From positions 299,365-363,364 of the forward strand of contig JAYNIM010000001.1 of assembly GCA_038109055.1 (NCBI GenBank): a stretch of 64,000 bases of DNA, given 5' to 3'. This document shows positions 42,268-52,881 of the stretch, piece after piece. Below the pieces are notes generated by a model, which was given only the letters and a program-made list of their open reading frames with translations, was not told the origin of the DNA and ran no database searches. The position numbers and the translations under genes are program-made. The stretch's first letter is position 1. Every line of letters begins with the position of its first letter. Origin of the DNA: a bacterium. Lineage in GTDB: Bacteria > Margulisbacteria > Marinamargulisbacteria > GCA-2716485 > JAYNIM01.

Positions 42268-43025
42268 TGGACGTGAAACCAGAAAATTATATCATTGCTA
42301 ATTGGAAGATGAATAAAACCAATGAAGAGGCGTTGCAGTTCCTTCATGCATTTCAGGAGTCTTATGCAGATGGAGATGCCCATGTGGTAATTTGTCCTGC
42401 CTTCACCTCCCTCTCTACGGTTGTTGAGACTCTTAAGGGCTCTAATATAGAAATTGGGGCGCAAAACTGTCACGCTGCAGCTAGTGGTGCCTATACAGGT
42501 GAAATTTCTATCGATATGATCCAAGCTCTTGGTTGTCGCTATGTGATTCTTGGTCATTCTGAACGTCGACAGTATCACGCTGAAAGTTCAAGCATTATTG
42601 GTAAAAAATTAGCCAGCGTCCTTAAATCCTCTCTTATCCCTATATTGTGTATTGGGGAAACGCTTAACGATCGTGAACGTGGAAATACGGAGTCCGTTCT
42701 ACGCCAACAATTAGAAGAAACATTTCAAGAGCTTCCAGAAAACTCGCTTGAAAACAGTCCACTTCTTGTTGCTTATGAACCAGTCTGGGCCATTGGAACA
42801 GGTCAAGTTGCCACGGTTCAACAAGCACAAGATGCTCATGCCTTTATTCGTCAAGTTCTAGCAAATTATGTTCCACAAGCTGAGTCTCTTTCGATTTTGT
42901 ACGGTGGCTCTGTAAAACCTGATAATGCGGCTGCTTTGTTAGCTTCTAAGGATATTAATGGGGCCTTAGTGGGTGGTGCCAGTCTTAATCCCCAGCATTT
43001 CTTGTCTATCATCACCTCGCTATGA
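42267..43025 (+). CDS. tpiA: Triosephosphate isomerase
   Basis: NWKMN, GHSERR, AYEPVWAIGTG, YGGSV, LVGGASL. Confidence 0.97.
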   Translation: MDVKPENYIIANWKMNKTNEEALQFLHAFQESYADGDAHVVICPAFTSLSTVVETLKGSNIEIGAQNCHAAASGAYTGEISIDMIQALGCRYVILGHSERRQYHAESSSIIGKKLASVLKSSLIPILCIGETLNDRERGNTESVLRQQLEETFQELPENSLENSPLLVAYEPVWAIGTGQVATVQQAQDAHAFIRQVLANYVPQAESLSILYGGSVKPDNAAALLASKDINGALVGGASLNPQHFLSIITSL

Positions 43026-43645
43026 GGTATCTTGCGCTACTTGTCTCTTATCTACTTGTTTTTTTTCTATCTACCCTTACTGCATCTGATAAACAATTAG
43101 AGAACCCCTTGGTTCACATTCGCACTTCACTTGGGGATATGTTTATGATTCTTTATCTGGACGATGCGCCCTTATCATCAAATAATTTTTTACGCTATGT
43201 TGAACAAGGTTTTTATGATAATACCATCATCCATCGTGTCATTGACAATTATCTTGTTCAAGGAGGAGGTTATACAAAAGAGTATCAACCGAAAAAAACG
43301 CATCCCCCTATCAAAAATGAATCTCGTTTTACCCCGTCAAATACCTTTGGAACGGTGGGCTTTGCCTTGCCTAGTTTTAAAATAAATTTTGCCACCTCCC
43401 AGTTTTTTATCAATCTTAATGATAATACTCAGCTTGACTACAATCGTAAGACCCAACGTGGGCATGCTGTTTTTGGCAAAATTATAGAAGGCGTTGATGT
43501 CCTAAATAAAATCAAATCCGTCTCGACTCATACTAAAATCATTGACCATTTTGGCAAGCCTCATAAACTTAAAGATACCCCTAAAAAACCTATTTATATC
43601 CATTGGATTCGTTTGGTTCAAAACGAACGCTATACTGATTTCTAA
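43022..43645 (+). CDS. Exported cyclophilin-type peptidyl-prolyl isomerase
   Basis: Signal peptide; FYDNTIIHRVI, QGGG, ATSQFFINL, AVFGKI. Confidence 0.9.
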   Translation: MRYLALLVSYLLVFFLSTLTASDKQLENPLVHIRTSLGDMFMILYLDDAPLSSNNFLRYVEQGFYDNTIIHRVIDNYLVQGGGYTKEYQPKKTHPPIKNESRFTPSNTFGTVGFALPSFKINFATSQFFINLNDNTQLDYNRKTQRGHAVFGKIIEGVDVLNKIKSVSTHTKIIDHFGKPHKLKDTPKKPIYIHWIRLVQNERYTDF

Positions 43646-43649
43646 GGTG

Positions 43650-46600
43650 TTACTCTATTCGTCCGTAGCGATCTAAACGTTTACAAATCACCTGTTCTTC
43701 TAACAGGTCCATGATGTTAGAAAACCTATTCTTTGCGATTTCTTTACTTATGATTCGGCTATTGTTTTCGGCTTTACTTAGATGATTCATCACCCATTTT
43801 TCTTTCTTTAAGTCACTGTTTTCTGGTCTTATTTCCCTAAATAAGGTATTGGGCCTTATTTTTTTTATATTCACGTGTTTAACACAGTATATTTTGTTTA
43901 CTTGATTCATAAACCAGTTTATTTGCTTGTCATTGTGTGGGTTCCATACTTCTACATTACTCCCTAAAAGTCCGCTAATGCCTATAATCAAGAGGTATTT
44001 CTTTCTATCCTCTATCTTATCTATTTTTATAACGATGTGTGTATATGGCCTGATATCATAACGATTCTCTTCTCCTCGGATTGTGGGTAAAGGATGTTCA
44101 TTTTTTAACATATTAATGATTTCTGCTGCTTGATCAAGCTCGTGTTCCAGCTCGTTACGATCTGTCTCAGTTAATAATAATTCTTGAGCCTTTATCTGTC
44201 TTAATTTTTGACTTTTCTGCTTTATTTTTACTTGTGGGGATTGCTGTAGCATATCCCATAACGTATACGCTCCCCCTACCTTGCTTTGTGAGCCATAGCT
44301 GCTCTTTTTCCAGCCGCCAAAGGGTTGTCGTCCTACCATTGCGCCCGTAATTGGCCGATTGATGTATACATTTCCAGCTTGACTCCCCCTTATAAACTGG
44401 TCTTGTTCATAATCGGATAATGAATGAAGCCCGGCGGTGAGACCATATGATGTTTGTTGACTGATCTTGATTGCTTCGTGAATATCTTTGACGATCATGA
44501 CACCTAACAATGGCGCAAAACACTCTGTATGAAAGAAATGATGCTCTGGTCTTATCCCAACTTTTATTCCTGCACTCCATAATGTCTCTAACGCCGGATG
44601 CTGTTTTGGTTTTAGTAACCATGATTGCCCCTTTTCTAAGGTGTTTACTTCATTCAAGAACGCTGTATTATCGGCTCTAATCAATGGAACAATTTGAGCA
44701 GCTGGGTTGGTTGCTACATCTACCACCAAGTTTCTAGTGGCTTCTTTTAATCGTTGTAAAAAGTTTTTTTGCCTCCATAAAGGCTTGGTAATGATCAGTA
44801 TGGATGCCGCAGAACACTTTTGACCTGAATACGAAAAAGCTGAGTGTAGTATATCACTAATCGCCTGATCTTGATCTGCCATTTCTGTTATAATCATACA
44901 ATTCTTACCCCCTGTTTCTGCCTGTAGATCGATATCAGGACGCCATTTTATTAATTTTTCTGCTGTTTCTGAACTCCCTGTTAATACCACTTTATCTATC
45001 TGCTTACATCTCATCAGTTCTTTTCCATCCTTTTGCTCATCCAGCGAAATCGTCTCTAAAATATCTTCTGGAACTCTCGATTTTTTGGCTATTTCTACAA
45101 GAGTATTTGCACAATTTCTGGCTCTTGGTGACGCTTTGATGATAACACCGTTCCCTGTTAATAACGCAGCTACCATTCCTGAACAGGTGATTGCCACAGG
45201 AAAATTCCAAGGACTCGCCACACATACCAGACCTTTTCCTAATACATCTTTATCTATCGTATAAAGTTCCTGACATTTTTGGGCATAATAGTGACAAAAG
45301 TCGATCGCTTCGCCTACTTCGGCATCAGCCTCTATGAGTGGTTTTCCTACTTCTGCCATTATTTCTGCTATTAATCTCACCTTTTCTTTTCTTAAGTTGA
45401 TGGCGAGTCTTTCTATGCATGCCTGTCTTTTTTTCCATGTGTCTTTCTGCCATTTTTTCTGTGCTGCCTTTACCCTTTTAATTGTCTTCATACATACGTC
45501 TATTGAGACCGCATGTATGTTCCTTTGTTTCTTTTGTAACTGTTGTACGTTTTTGATAATTTCACCGACCTTTTTCTGGGATTCTCTCATGATCCATGTG
45601 TTTAGTGCCTCGTTTTCAAACGTCTCTTTTTTACTTGGCTCATTTTTACTTATGACGACGATGTCCTTATAGCAGCGATCTAAACTTTTGATGGCGTCTT
45701 GCTCATGTTCGATCCAAGCATTAGATCCATACAATAAAGTAAATGCCACTTTCATAAAATGCTTGGAGCCAGACTGTTCATCTAATCGTCGTAAGAAATA
45801 AGGAATACTATCATTTTGTTTGTGTGGATGACATAAGGGACGATAACTTATCACAGGCCCTATTCTTTTTTGTACGACCTTGGCTAATGCTGGATTCATC
45901 CCATGTAACATTTCGATGCTCATCGCAGTGGGTTTGGGACATTTTTTTCGTAGAACTAATGCCAATGCTATCTCAAAAATATTATGTGTTGCCACCCCAA
46001 TCTCACAGTTTTTATAGCCATTTTCACACCAATCATTCACGATTCGTTTAAATTGTGTGTCTGTATCTTCTTTTGATTGATACGTTAAATTAGGCCAGTG
46101 ATGTGTAGATGAGAGTTGTTTTTCTGCCACCCAATTAGCCCCTTTTACCAATCTAATTTTTAATGCTTTCCCATTTAAATCCTGTCTTTTACGTGATAGT
46201 TTTTGAACTTCCACATATAATTCAAAAGCGTTTTCTAAATAGGCTTGAATAACAATTCCTATTCCTATCTGTCGATTTTTTTTGTTTAAACATAGATTTT
46301 TTATGGCATCTAATGTCACTTCATACTCTTCCACATGCTCCATATCAATCGTCATAAATAGCTCTGACTGACGTGGTCTAATTTGACTTGCAAGTATTTC
46401 TAGTACATAGGTTGCCTCTTGGATTCGTTCTTGAAGGGCTATCCATGTTCTCGGCAAGGTTATTGCTGATAATTTAATAGATATCTGTCCTACATTTTTA
46501 TCTTTAATCAGTGTTATATACCCCTTCAAGGCCTCATTGATGTCCGCTTGGCACAAGGCCCTCTCACCTACAATATTGTAATTATAAATAAACCCTTCTT

Positions 46601-46964
46601 TAGAAAATTTTTTTAATTTACATATTTTACTCTGTATAAATTTTTTCATATATCGGCCCATTACTGTTTTAATTACCAGGAGATACAGCTGACATTCGAT
46701 CGTTACTATCTTTTTTAAGAACCGCGGTATCTTGAGCTTGTGGATCAGACTTTTGGCGATATCTTTCGTATTTGTACAACGAAAAATCTGATCGCTCATG
46801 CTAATCATGAGATCTCGTATTTTTTTATTTTTTATGAGGATATGCGTGAGTCGATTATTTAGTTGCTGCCATATTGTTTCTGACCTCTTACTCTCCTGCC
46901 AGAGTTCCTTGGCCAACCTGCACATGGCTTGACTGGTCTCTTGTCCTTCTTTAGTCACTTGCAC
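43650..46964 (-). CDS. putA: Bifunctional proline dehydrogenase / P5C dehydrogenase
   Basis: IDME, RLVKGA, ATHN, RRLDE; SPWNFP, ETGGKN, SGQKCSA, RQPFGGWK. Confidence 0.9.
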   Translation of the reverse strand: MQVTKEGQETSQAMCRLAKELWQESKRSETIWQQLNNRLTHILIKNKKIRDLMISMSDQIFRCTNTKDIAKSLIHKLKIPRFLKKIVTIECQLYLLVIKTVMGRYMKKFIQSKICKLKKFSKEGFIYNYNIVGERALCQADINEALKGYITLIKDKNVGQISIKLSAITLPRTWIALQERIQEATYVLEILASQIRPRQSELFMTIDMEHVEEYEVTLDAIKNLCLNKKNRQIGIGIVIQAYLENAFELYVEVQKLSRKRQDLNGKALKIRLVKGANWVAEKQLSSTHHWPNLTYQSKEDTDTQFKRIVNDWCENGYKNCEIGVATHNIFEIALALVLRKKCPKPTAMSIEMLHGMNPALAKVVQKRIGPVISYRPLCHPHKQNDSIPYFLRRLDEQSGSKHFMKVAFTLLYGSNAWIEHEQDAIKSLDRCYKDIVVISKNEPSKKETFENEALNTWIMRESQKKVGEIIKNVQQLQKKQRNIHAVSIDVCMKTIKRVKAAQKKWQKDTWKKRQACIERLAINLRKEKVRLIAEIMAEVGKPLIEADAEVGEAIDFCHYYAQKCQELYTIDKDVLGKGLVCVASPWNFPVAITCSGMVAALLTGNGVIIKASPRARNCANTLVEIAKKSRVPEDILETISLDEQKDGKELMRCKQIDKVVLTGSSETAEKLIKWRPDIDLQAETGGKNCMIITEMADQDQAISDILHSAFSYSGQKCSAASILIITKPLWRQKNFLQRLKEATRNLVVDVATNPAAQIVPLIRADNTAFLNEVNTLEKGQSWLLKPKQHPALETLWSAGIKVGIRPEHHFFHTECFAPLLGVMIVKDIHEAIKISQQTSYGLTAGLHSLSDYEQDQFIRGSQAGNVYINRPITGAMVGRQPFGGWKKSSYGSQSKVGGAYTLWDMLQQSPQVKIKQKSQKLRQIKAQELLLTETDRNELEHELDQAAEIINMLKNEHPLPTIRGEENRYDIRPYTHIVIKIDKIEDRKKYLLIIGISGLLGSNVEVWNPHNDKQINWFMNQVNKIYCVKHVNIKKIRPNTLFREIRPENSDLKKEKWVMNHLSKAENNSRIISKEIAKNRFSNIMDLLEEQVICKRLDRYGRIE

Positions 46965-47046
46965 CCCTTCTTTTATACTCTTTCCCTTTATTACATTTCT
47001 TTAAACATTTTTTGCTTTTATTTTTATACTCTGTTAATAATCACTA

Positions 47047-47754
47047 ATGCGTTTAATCCTTCTATTTTTATTACTACCGGTGTTGATCTATGCAGAAGAT
47101 CTTAATGAATCACTTAGACCTGAACCTATTAAAAAATTTTCAGGTATCTTTGGTTTCCAAAGTGGTTCTAAATTTTTCTTAGATACTCATCTCACTGGAG
47201 GCCTTCGCTATGCCTTAGATGCCAACAACCATCTTTATATTTTTTATAAATACTCCGATTTTAGAAATATACCCGGTGAGATTCACATGTCTTTAGCTGC
47301 CATTGAATTCATTACCTTTAATTTTTTTGACCAGGGTTCGTCCAAACGTCATACGCTTGATCATCGCTATGATGGGCTTGAAGTTGCTTATTCTAAATTT
47401 TTACGTCCCCTGAACTTACCCATCTTAGGTTCTCAGATGCTACATCTTTTTAGTTCCTATGAGTATAGTCAATTAAAGCGTCATGATTACTGGGATAAGA
47501 CTCTTACTAGTAAACATATGATTACCTTCCACTCTGTCCATGTTGGGCTTTTACTTATTAGGTCTAAAGATTATACCTACAAACCACTCTTTAGCAAAAA
47601 GCTTATACATGTCACATCACACACTTTTTTTACACTCTGTCTGACCTTTAATACCTCTCGTGTTCAGACGACTACCTATGACAACTCTGGCTTTACTTAT
47701 CGATATATTCCAGATACTGTTGGCATTACAATCGCTTATGGCTCGCTTTTTTAG
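47047..47754 (+). CDS. Exported hypothetical protein, possible beta-barrel
   Basis: Signal peptide, aromatic amphipathic strands, C-terminal Phe. Confidence 0.55.
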   Translation: MRLILLFLLLPVLIYAEDLNESLRPEPIKKFSGIFGFQSGSKFFLDTHLTGGLRYALDANNHLYIFYKYSDFRNIPGEIHMSLAAIEFITFNFFDQGSSKRHTLDHRYDGLEVAYSKFLRPLNLPILGSQMLHLFSSYEYSQLKRHDYWDKTLTSKHMITFHSVHVGLLLIRSKDYTYKPLFSKKLIHVTSHTFFTLCLTFNTSRVQTTTYDNSGFTYRYIPDTVGITIAYGSLF

Positions 47755-49402
47755 GACTTTCCAGCATATGATTTGCAACATTATGGCCATGAATAACCAC
47801 ATCGGGTTGATGACATGTATTCCAGGTATCTACTGCAGTATGAAGACTTTCTGAAAGGGCGGCTCGATTTTGAGAAGTCATGCCTGTTATTTTTTTCTCT
47901 ATCCATGGTGTGATATGTTCTAAGGTTACCTCTCCTTCTCTTGAGTTACAGTAAGTAATTATTCCTTCCGAGATCATCTTATTAGCGATTGTATGCCCAA
48001 AGGGTAGTTGCCTACCATTCTGTTGAGAGTATTTATCCGCTTTTTCATGCATGGCTTTTCCTAGCTCGACTAAAGCATCAGAATTGTCTCCACATCGCTC
48101 ACTGGCATGTTGAACTACTTCTGATTGAGCCTTTTCATCCATTCCGTTTTGACACATTTCAGCAAGTTCTTCTACTACCTCCGTTATATTTAATGGGCCT
48201 TCTTTCGCTGCCCCACCTCCTGTTTCCTGTGCTCTTCCTCCTACTCTGGCTGGCGCTGCTCCGCCCCCCCTCATGTCTTCTCCACCTTCCAATATTGATA
48301 AAAATATAGGATAATTCTCATCCTCAGGCCCCACAAATACACAGTCATCAAAATATCCCCCATATTCTCCTAATACCTCTTTGTAGGCGTTTGCAGTAGA
48401 AATTCTGTATGCTTCTGCCTGCTCTGGGCTATCAGGTTTAAATGCGCCACAACCAAAAGCGTTAAAGACAAATCTTGTTTTTTGTGTTGGATTATCAGCT
48501 TTTATTCGACTACTTTCTTGTGCAGCTGCTTGTATTTGCATGGTGATTCTTTCTTTCATTACCCTATTTGCCCCATGCAAATTTATTTCCCCCTTTCCGC
48601 TATGACTTTCCGCTGCATTCAGGATCATGACTGCGGGTGATATTGTGTCTGATAGTGTACATGGACCTAATTTTGCATCTTGGGTTCCAAAAAAATCTAC
48701 CTCACAGGTCCCAACAAGATTACTCGAGAATCCTCTCAACTCGCTCTTAAATTCTCTAACTTCCCATTTTTTATTTCTTTGCGTCATAGTGCCTTTTTGT
48801 ATTTTATCTTTATCTCTACCACTTATAGTCGTTCGATGAGCTTCAAATAAAGGCGCTAGCGTACAACAGGCTATGCACCCTTCTTCTTGAGCATTAGCTC
48901 TGCGACTTTGATAGGGATAGGTTGTTCCGTTTATTGTCATCACGCCCGGATTTCCACCTTGATGTTGATCATTCGCTGCATTAACGATAATAGGCATATA
49001 TTGCTCTCTTCTTGCAACATGTACGGCTTCTTGTGTCGTCATTATATGGCAAGATATGGAACATGGCCTTTCTTTTTTTGGAGTCCCCGCTAGGTCTTCC
49101 TTTGTTTTAAAAACTAAGGGTTGTGGTTCACTACTAAAATGCCCATTTATACCTAAGAGTGCTCCATTAAGTATATCAGCGGTTATCTTTGGGCTATCGA
49201 TATTGTCTCCTGGTGATATAGACACTTCATGAGCTTCTCCAGCGGGAACAACTGCTCCCATCTTTTGTGCATCTTCAGCTCTCGAAGAATCATTCCCAGC
49301 AGCTAAGGCCCGAGAGGCCCGACCCCCGTCTGAGACTCTATGATCAGCCTTTCCAGATGGAACACCTTTACTTCCTGCTTTAGGCCCTCCTGCCCTTTCC
49401 AT
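47726..49402 (-). CDS. Orphan effector-like protein with bacterial PARG-type (TIGR02452/DUF2263-like) macrodomain
   Basis: VNAANDQHQGG...NAQEE, FNAFGCGAF; disordered Gly/Ala N-terminus; AGGAGG RBS. Confidence 0.7.
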   Translation of the reverse strand: MERAGGPKAGSKGVPSGKADHRVSDGGRASRALAAGNDSSRAEDAQKMGAVVPAGEAHEVSISPGDNIDSPKITADILNGALLGINGHFSSEPQPLVFKTKEDLAGTPKKERPCSISCHIMTTQEAVHVARREQYMPIIVNAANDQHQGGNPGVMTINGTTYPYQSRRANAQEEGCIACCTLAPLFEAHRTTISGRDKDKIQKGTMTQRNKKWEVREFKSELRGFSSNLVGTCEVDFFGTQDAKLGPCTLSDTISPAVMILNAAESHSGKGEINLHGANRVMKERITMQIQAAAQESSRIKADNPTQKTRFVFNAFGCGAFKPDSPEQAEAYRISTANAYKEVLGEYGGYFDDCVFVGPEDENYPIFLSILEGGEDMRGGGAAPARVGGRAQETGGGAAKEGPLNITEVVEELAEMCQNGMDEKAQSEVVQHASERCGDNSDALVELGKAMHEKADKYSQQNGRQLPFGHTIANKMISEGIITYCNSREGEVTLEHITPWIEKKITGMTSQNRAALSESLHTAVDTWNTCHQPDVVIHGHNVANHMLESPKKASHKRL

Positions 49403-49517
49403 ACAAACTTCCTCCTATACCTAATCTATCGACTATCATACATATCTTTACTTTCTAAGATTATTTATACCCCAAAAACATCCCCCTTAAACATCAAGGT
49501 TATTCTCCCACTAAACT

Positions 49518-51131
49518 CTAGGCTTTAATCTTAATTCCGCCTACCATTCGTGTAAGCTCTTGTTCCTTTTCTTTCGAATTTAAGTGTTTAAGGCAAATCT
49601 GTGTGTGGTCCTTTGTTATTTTTTTCTCTATATAAAGTAAATGATCCGCCATTTTAGCAATTTGGGGCAAATGAGTCACCACTAACACTTGGACCTGCTT
49701 TGATAACTGTTTTATATACTCACCTACACTAATTGCTGTAAACCCACCAATCCCCGCATCTATTTCATCAAAAATCATACACTGTAATGTGGATGCATTA
49801 ATAAATATGCTTTGTAAGGCAAGTTGTATGCGTGAAACCTCCCCACCTGATGCGACTTTATGCAAAGGTTTTAGAGACTCTCCCGGATTTAGGGATACCT
49901 CAAATTGGACATTGTTGGGACTGTCTATGCGTTGCTGGTCCAGGTCTAATGGTTCTAGACGAATGCTGAAGGTTGCCTGAGCAAAATGTAAGGCTTTTAA
50001 CATCTTACTTACCTTTGTTGATAATGTTTCCGCATGCCTCAGTTTATGTTCCGTAAAAATTTTTCCTGCAGCTTCTAGCTGTATTGCTTTCGCCTCTTTT
50101 TCTTTTTCAAGCCGTTCTTTTTCCTGATCTATATTACTTAAAATCTTTTGTTCCTCTTTTAACTTTATATATAGGTCTACAAGCGCATGCATGGTTGTTG
50201 CCTTATATTTTTGTTTCAGTCTAAAAAAGAGATCTAAACGTTCTTCTATCTTATCGAGTTCTTTTGGATCAAGGCGCTCATACTCATGTAAGTGTTGTTT
50301 TAATGTTTCACTTGCATCCAAGCTAACGACATACTGGGTTTCGGTACTTTTGGCTAAGTCACTTAAAACCCTGTTTCTTTCTTTATCTATATTGCTTAAG
50401 TGTTGTTTGATCGACTCTAATACGCCCTGTTGTTGACCTAGTATAGAGAGAAGATTTTTATATCCTTGACTGTCTTTTAGGCCTTCTTTCGCGTGTCGTT
50501 TTTTATCTAGCAAAGACTCCTCTTCTTCTACGCTAATTTTTGCTTTTGATAATTCATCTAATTGGAAATTTATAAAATCTAAGCGCTGAATATCACTATT
50601 TTCTACTTTTTCTAAGGCTTTTTTACAGGCTTGATAGTCTTGAAATGCCACTCTATATTTAGATTTTGCCTGTTGATATACCTCATTTCCTGTATTATCC
50701 ACTAACCTATTTTGTTCGTGGGCATTGAGGAGCTGCATGGCTTGGTGTTGCCCTGAAAATTGCATTAGTTCGCTAAAAATTGCTTTAAGCTCTTTTAAAG
50801 AAACGGGGCTTTCGTTAATACGTGTAATGTTGGGTCGGTTCCGATTGATGCGTCGGTATACACACAGGCATCCTTCTTCATTAATGTACTGTCTTAAAGG
50901 CTCTGTTGTTTGTTCTTCTGGAATTAAAAAATGGCCTTCAATACTGGCATAATCTTTGTTTTTATAAATGAGTTCATCCGTCGCCTTTTCGCCCATCAGC
51001 AACCCTATTGCTGTTAAGATCATCGATTTACCAGACCCTGTTTCTCCACTGATCACTGTCATCCCCTCATCAAAGTGAATCTCTATTTTTTCTATAAGTG
51101 CAAAATGTGTGATGGTTAAATAGCTAAGCAT
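49518..51131 (-). CDS. recN: DNA repair protein RecN
   Basis: GETGSGKS, ASGGEVSR, FDEIDAGIGG, VTHLPQIA. Confidence 0.95.
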   Translation of the reverse strand: MLSYLTITHFALIEKIEIHFDEGMTVISGETGSGKSMILTAIGLLMGEKATDELIYKNKDYASIEGHFLIPEEQTTEPLRQYINEEGCLCVYRRINRNRPNITRINESPVSLKELKAIFSELMQFSGQHQAMQLLNAHEQNRLVDNTGNEVYQQAKSKYRVAFQDYQACKKALEKVENSDIQRLDFINFQLDELSKAKISVEEEESLLDKKRHAKEGLKDSQGYKNLLSILGQQQGVLESIKQHLSNIDKERNRVLSDLAKSTETQYVVSLDASETLKQHLHEYERLDPKELDKIEERLDLFFRLKQKYKATTMHALVDLYIKLKEEQKILSNIDQEKERLEKEKEAKAIQLEAAGKIFTEHKLRHAETLSTKVSKMLKALHFAQATFSIRLEPLDLDQQRIDSPNNVQFEVSLNPGESLKPLHKVASGGEVSRIQLALQSIFINASTLQCMIFDEIDAGIGGFTAISVGEYIKQLSKQVQVLVVTHLPQIAKMADHLLYIEKKITKDHTQICLKHLNSKEKEQELTRMVGGIKIKA

Positions 51132-51223
51132 TTATATCTTGTTTGACGTCTCTTTTAGCTTTTCTTACCCATTAAACGTTTTATATACAAAGGTTTAATG
51201 TTGGAAAATATACTATAAATAGT

Positions 51224-52303
51224 TTAACAATGAACTTTTTCTTCTATCTTTAGTAAAGATTCATCATAGTCTAATATTGTCACTAGAATCCGAGAAACTA
51301 CTGTATAAGCATCCATATTCGCACCAGGTCTGCGATCTTCCAAATAACCATAGCCATTCTTGGTTGTTGATACAGGTATACGTATTGAAGCACCACGGTC
51401 AGAGGCCCCACTTCTAAATTCATTAATGGAACAGGTCTCGTGTTTCCCAGTTAATCGCTCATCATTTTTATTTCCATAAACACTAATATGTTCCTGATGT
51501 TTTTTCTCTAGATTTTCTAATACTTTCTTGATTGTTTCTTTGCCTTTGCTTGCATCTCTCATATCTTTCGTCGAAAAATTGGTATGACACCCGGATCCAT
51601 TCCAATCCCCTTTGATCGGCTTATTTTCCATATTTATCTTGATTCCATATGATTCGCCTATACGATGTAATAACCAGGTCGCTATGTAATGATGATCTGC
51701 TATTTTTAATGTATCTGCTTCTTCGTTAAACCCACGGTATCCAATTTGGAATTCCCATTGACCCAACATTACTTCTGCGTTTATCCCATAGAATAGTAGT
51801 CCTGCCTCTAAACACGCTTCTCGATGATCCTCTGCAAGTTCACGTCCAGCTACCTTCCCTTCTCCGTTCCCACAGTAATAAGGACCTTGTGGCCCTGGTT
51901 CACCTTCTTTTGGCCAGCCTAATACACCGTCTTTATCAAACATGACATATTCTTGTTCAAATCCAAATGCAGGCTCTTGTTCACTTGCACCTGCCTCTAA
52001 TATTTTTCTTAATATAAATCTGCTGTTTGTTTCGTGTGGTGTCCCATCCGTATTGTAGACTTCACAAAGGACCAAAAAACTTCCTTCTTCACGCAATGGG
52101 TCATTCACATATCTGACTGGCTTTAATATACAATCAGAGTCTATTCCTTCTGCTTGATCTGTAGAAGATCCATCAAAGTTCCATTCTGGAAAAATGTCTA
52201 TACTTACGCTATCCACTACTTCAATTATCCGCGTTTTAGAGCGTAACTGTGGAGTGGGTTCTTTCCCACCTATCCATATATATTCTGCTGTTCGTAGATC
52301 CAT
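51224..52303 (-). CDS. glnII: Glutamine synthetase type II
   Basis: AEYIWIGG, WNFDGSST, NAEVMLGQWEFQIG, GDWNGSGCHTN, RLTGKHET, RGASIRIP, EDRRP; about 360 aa. Confidence 0.9.
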   Translation of the reverse strand: MDLRTAEYIWIGGKEPTPQLRSKTRIIEVVDSVSIDIFPEWNFDGSSTDQAEGIDSDCILKPVRYVNDPLREEGSFLVLCEVYNTDGTPHETNSRFILRKILEAGASEQEPAFGFEQEYVMFDKDGVLGWPKEGEPGPQGPYYCGNGEGKVAGRELAEDHREACLEAGLLFYGINAEVMLGQWEFQIGYRGFNEEADTLKIADHHYIATWLLHRIGESYGIKINMENKPIKGDWNGSGCHTNFSTKDMRDASKGKETIKKVLENLEKKHQEHISVYGNKNDERLTGKHETCSINEFRSGASDRGASIRIPVSTTKNGYGYLEDRRPGANMDAYTVVSRILVTILDYDESLLKIEEKVHC

Positions 52304-52376
52304 TTTCCTTCCTTTTTGCAATTTAATTAATCCTATAATAGCACAGAATCTTTTTTATTAAAACTTCCTTAGTTAG

Positions 52377-52775
52377 TTACGTGACAAAACGTTTATTATC
52401 TTCTATCCCGTCTTTGTATTTGTTATAGGTTCCTTCCTTGTATCCTTCATTTTGACGTTTCTCGTTTAATTTATTTTTTTTAAAATACAAGCTAAATACA
52501 TCTTTTGCCTCTAGGCCTGCAATGGTACACATGGACACCCAAAAATGTAGCATATCTACCAACTCTATTTTTACATTATCCCAATCCTCTTCATCTTTCT
52601 TCCACCATTTCCAATTTAAACTATCAATCGCTTCTGCTGATTCTTGTTTTAGGGCCAACTCAAAGTTTAAAAACCATTTTTTTCTTATTTCAGGATCTTT
52701 AATTTCATCGTATAGTTTTGGATTAATTTTTTTATTTAGCTCAATTTGTTTTTCGAATACACGTTCTAAGTCCAT
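52377..52775 (-). CDS. Dimeric all-alpha dUTPase
   Basis: ESAEAIDS.NWKWWK, IELVDMLHF, KNKLN..RQ..GY..G.Y.K...G.EDN. Confidence 0.85.
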   Translation of the reverse strand: MDLERVFEKQIELNKKINPKLYDEIKDPEIRKKWFLNFELALKQESAEAIDSLNWKWWKKDEEDWDNVKIELVDMLHFWVSMCTIAGLEAKDVFSLYFKKNKLNEKRQNEGYKEGTYNKYKDGIEDNKRFVT

Positions 52776-52846
52776 ATTGCACCTTCCTTCTTACTCATTA
52801 TAGCCTTTGACACCTTTAATCTCAATTTTAATACAATCCCAAATTA

Positions 52847-52875
52847 TTGACATATTATATTATAATATATATTAT
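52847..52875 (+). promoter_or_regulatory. sigma70-type promoter for comM (leaderless)
   Basis: TTGACA (52847-52) - N17 - TATTAT (52870-75) - N6 - ATG (52882). Confidence 0.65.
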
Positions 52876-52881
52876 TGACAT

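Noticed and set aside
43022..43645. Cyclophilin as a pseudoenzyme (GTVGFAL instead of GTIAMAR)
   Set aside because: Catalytic Arg (HRV), QGG and SQFFIN are retained.
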